NCBI GenBank assembly: GCA_038087875.1
Contig: CM075988.1
Location: forward strand, 3,596,001-3,660,000
Direction of reading: 5' to 3'
Source of the DNA: Malacoraja senta
Taxonomy: Eukaryota
Length of the DNA: 64,000 nt
Shown here: piece after piece, positions 62,055 to 64,000 of the stretch
Layout: every line of letters begins with the position of its first letter
How positions within the stretch are numbered: position 1 is the stretch's first letter
Position numbers and translations under genes: made by a program
Notes under the pieces: model-generated
Database searches by the model: none
The model's input: the letters and a program-made list of their open reading frames with translations, nothing else
What the model was told of the DNA's origin: nothing

Positions 62055-63158
62055 TTTATGGAGCAGTTGGGAGAATGGTCACAATGAATAGTTGGGGCAT
62101 TTGAAGAGCCTCTGATGGTCCGTGACTGAGAGTAACTGGCCATTGGAAAGGTAGACCGGACTGGGAGCTGTGACAAGGGACAATATCACAGTGATCACGG
62201 AGTTAGAGAGCACTCCTGCAAAGCAGGTCCAGCTCACCGTAGCCGACTCTGGTCTCGGCCCCGAGGCACCGGTGTCGAAGGGACCCATGCCGCTCAGAGT
62301 GAGGAGGGACCCAAGAGCGAGGTGGAGCATCGAGAGCAATGGCAAGGGGCCGTTGGGAACAATCGGGGGAACGCGGTGGGGGAGATCTGAGAGTGATGGG
62401 GGACGCGGTGGGGGAGATCTGAGAGTGATGGGGGATGCAGTGTATAGATACATGATAAGGGAATAACGTTTAGTGCAAGATAAAGCCAGCAAAGTCTTAT
62501 CAAGGATAGTCCGAGGGTCACCATTGAGGTAGATAGTAGTTCAGCACTGCTCTCTGGTTGTGGTAGGATGATTCAGTTGCCTGATAACAGCTGGGAAGAA
62601 ACTGTCCCTGAATCTGGAGGTGTGCGTTTTCACACTTCTATACCTTTTGCCTGATGGGAGAGGGGAGAAGGGAGTGGCCAGGGTGCGACTGGTCCTTGAT
62701 TATGCTGCTGCCCTTGCCGAGGCAGCGTGAGGTATAAATGGAGACAATGGAAGGGAGGTTGGTTTGTGTTATGGTCTGGGCTGTGTCCACAATTTGCTGC
62801 AATTTCTTGCAGTCTTGGATGGAGCTGTTCCCAAACCAATCTGTGATGCATCCTGATAAAATGCTTTCTGTGGTGCATCTGTAGTAGTTGGTGAGAGTTG
62901 TCGGGGACGTGCCGAACGTTGGTGTGCTTTCTTGGTCGTTGCTTCAATATGGGTGGTCCAGGTGAAGTTGTTGGTGATTGTTGGGAGAGCTGGGATTAAT
63001 GGGCAGCCGGGACGAATACCAAGTGCGGGAGATTATGTGGGAAAATGAGAGGAACGGGGAGCTGGGAACGGGGTGGTGAGGGTCTGGGTCTGAGGAACGG
63101 GGAGCTGGGGTGTGGTGAGGGTCTGGGTCTGAGGAACGGGGAGGTAGGATGTTCTTAC

Positions 63159-63307
63159 AGTAGACGTCGGCGGTCCTGCTGATGTTGGTGCTTCCCAGCG
63201 GGTTGGACACAGCGCACGACACGGGCTCTGTGAAGAAGGTGTAGTCCACCACCGTCTCATAGGTGTCACCCTGCACTCCCCGCAGCACCTGGCCGCCCTT
63301 CGCCCAC
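63159..63307 (-). CDS. KIRREL3: KIRREL3 coding exon, Ig3 C-terminal half (149 nt; equivalent to human exon 8)
   Basis: Boundaries ctccag|G TGG...GTC TAC T|gtaag. Translates (R)[49 protein letters not shown], matching recalled KIRREL3 RWAKRGQII...[30 protein letters not shown]. Confidence 0.95.
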
Positions 63308-63399
63308 CTGGAGCAACACAGAACCAATTAAACACCATGATCTATGTATCTATGTATCTATGACCAACATTGTCTCACTCTGATACCCTGATTTAAGGG

Positions 63400-63925
63400 C
63401 GACACAAAATGCTGGAGTAACTCAGCGGGACATGCAGCATCTCTAGAGAGAAGGAATGGGCAACGTTGCGGGTTGAGATCCTTCCTCAGACTGATGTCAG
63501 GGGAGGGGGCGGGACAGAGATAGAATGTAGTCGGAGACAGTAAGACTAGTGGGAGAACTGGGAAGGAGAAGGGGATGGAGAGAGAAAGCAAGGGCTATCT
63601 GAAATTAGAGAAGTCAATGTTCATACAGCTGGGGTGTAAACTACCCAAGCAAAATACGAGGTGCTGTTTCTCCAATTTGCACTGGGCCTCACTTTGACTA
63701 TGGAGGAGGCCCAGGACAGAAAGGTCGGATTGGGAATGGGAGGGGGAGTTGAAGTGCTGGGCCACCGGGAGATCAGGTAGGTTAAGACAGACTGAGCGGA
63801 GGTGTTCAGTGAAACGATCGCCGAGCCAGCGCTTAGTCTCGCCGATGCAGAGAAGTTGACACCTGGAACGGCAGATACAGTAGATGAGGTTGGAGGAGGT
63901 GCAAGTGAACCTCTGCCTCGCCTGA
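63400..63925 (-). mobile_element. Penelope-like 3' fragment
   Basis: Reverse complement of the GIY-YIG end and terminal repeat; a short fold-back of RT sequence follows at 63930-64000. Confidence 0.85.
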
Positions 63926-64000
63926 TGTCAAGATAGTCAAGACAGCTATGGGAGTCAGTAGGTTTGTAGTAGCTATCTTGACTACACTTGACTACACTTC

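Noticed and set aside
61319..62176. 285-aa proline-rich ORF
   Set aside because: It is a translation of the G-rich minisatellite plus a SINE.
62170..62466. 98-aa + ORF and a minus-strand MLHLALGSLLTL... segment with a gtgagc donor at ~62237
   Set aside because: No recognisable homology. The phase-0 donor does not fit the next exon (phase 1), and the ORF runs into a Rex/Babar tail.

Overview
Vertebrate genomic DNA, almost certainly from a cartilaginous fish (skate, ray or shark), judged by the dense HE1-type V-SINEs and HER1/CR1 LINE remnants. Six coding exons of KIRREL3 (NEPH2) lie on the minus strand, covering Ig3 to the transmembrane segment. All six have canonical AG/GT boundaries and splice in frame. 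The rest of the window is transposon-rich intron. (1) A DIRS1-type tyrosine-recombinase retrotransposon (173-9898) splits a V-SINE and is itself interrupted by a young 5'-truncated L1 with an open ORF2 and a 595-bp direct target duplication. (2) A second, divergent DIRS1 element (49242-53581) has nearly the same termini and internal complementary region (ICR). (3) Penelope-like GIY-YIG retroelements and roughly two dozen of their terminal fragments carry minimal hammerhead-ribozyme motifs, as solo units, tandem-flanked units and head-to-head palindromes; one inverted pair brackets the transmembrane exon. (4) There are also CR1 and Rex1/Babar fragments, two non-coding ~0.8-kb elements with LINE-like ends, two MITEs and several satellites. 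All calls were made by eye plus recalled family knowledge, and no database searches were run. Boundaries of old repeats are approximate.
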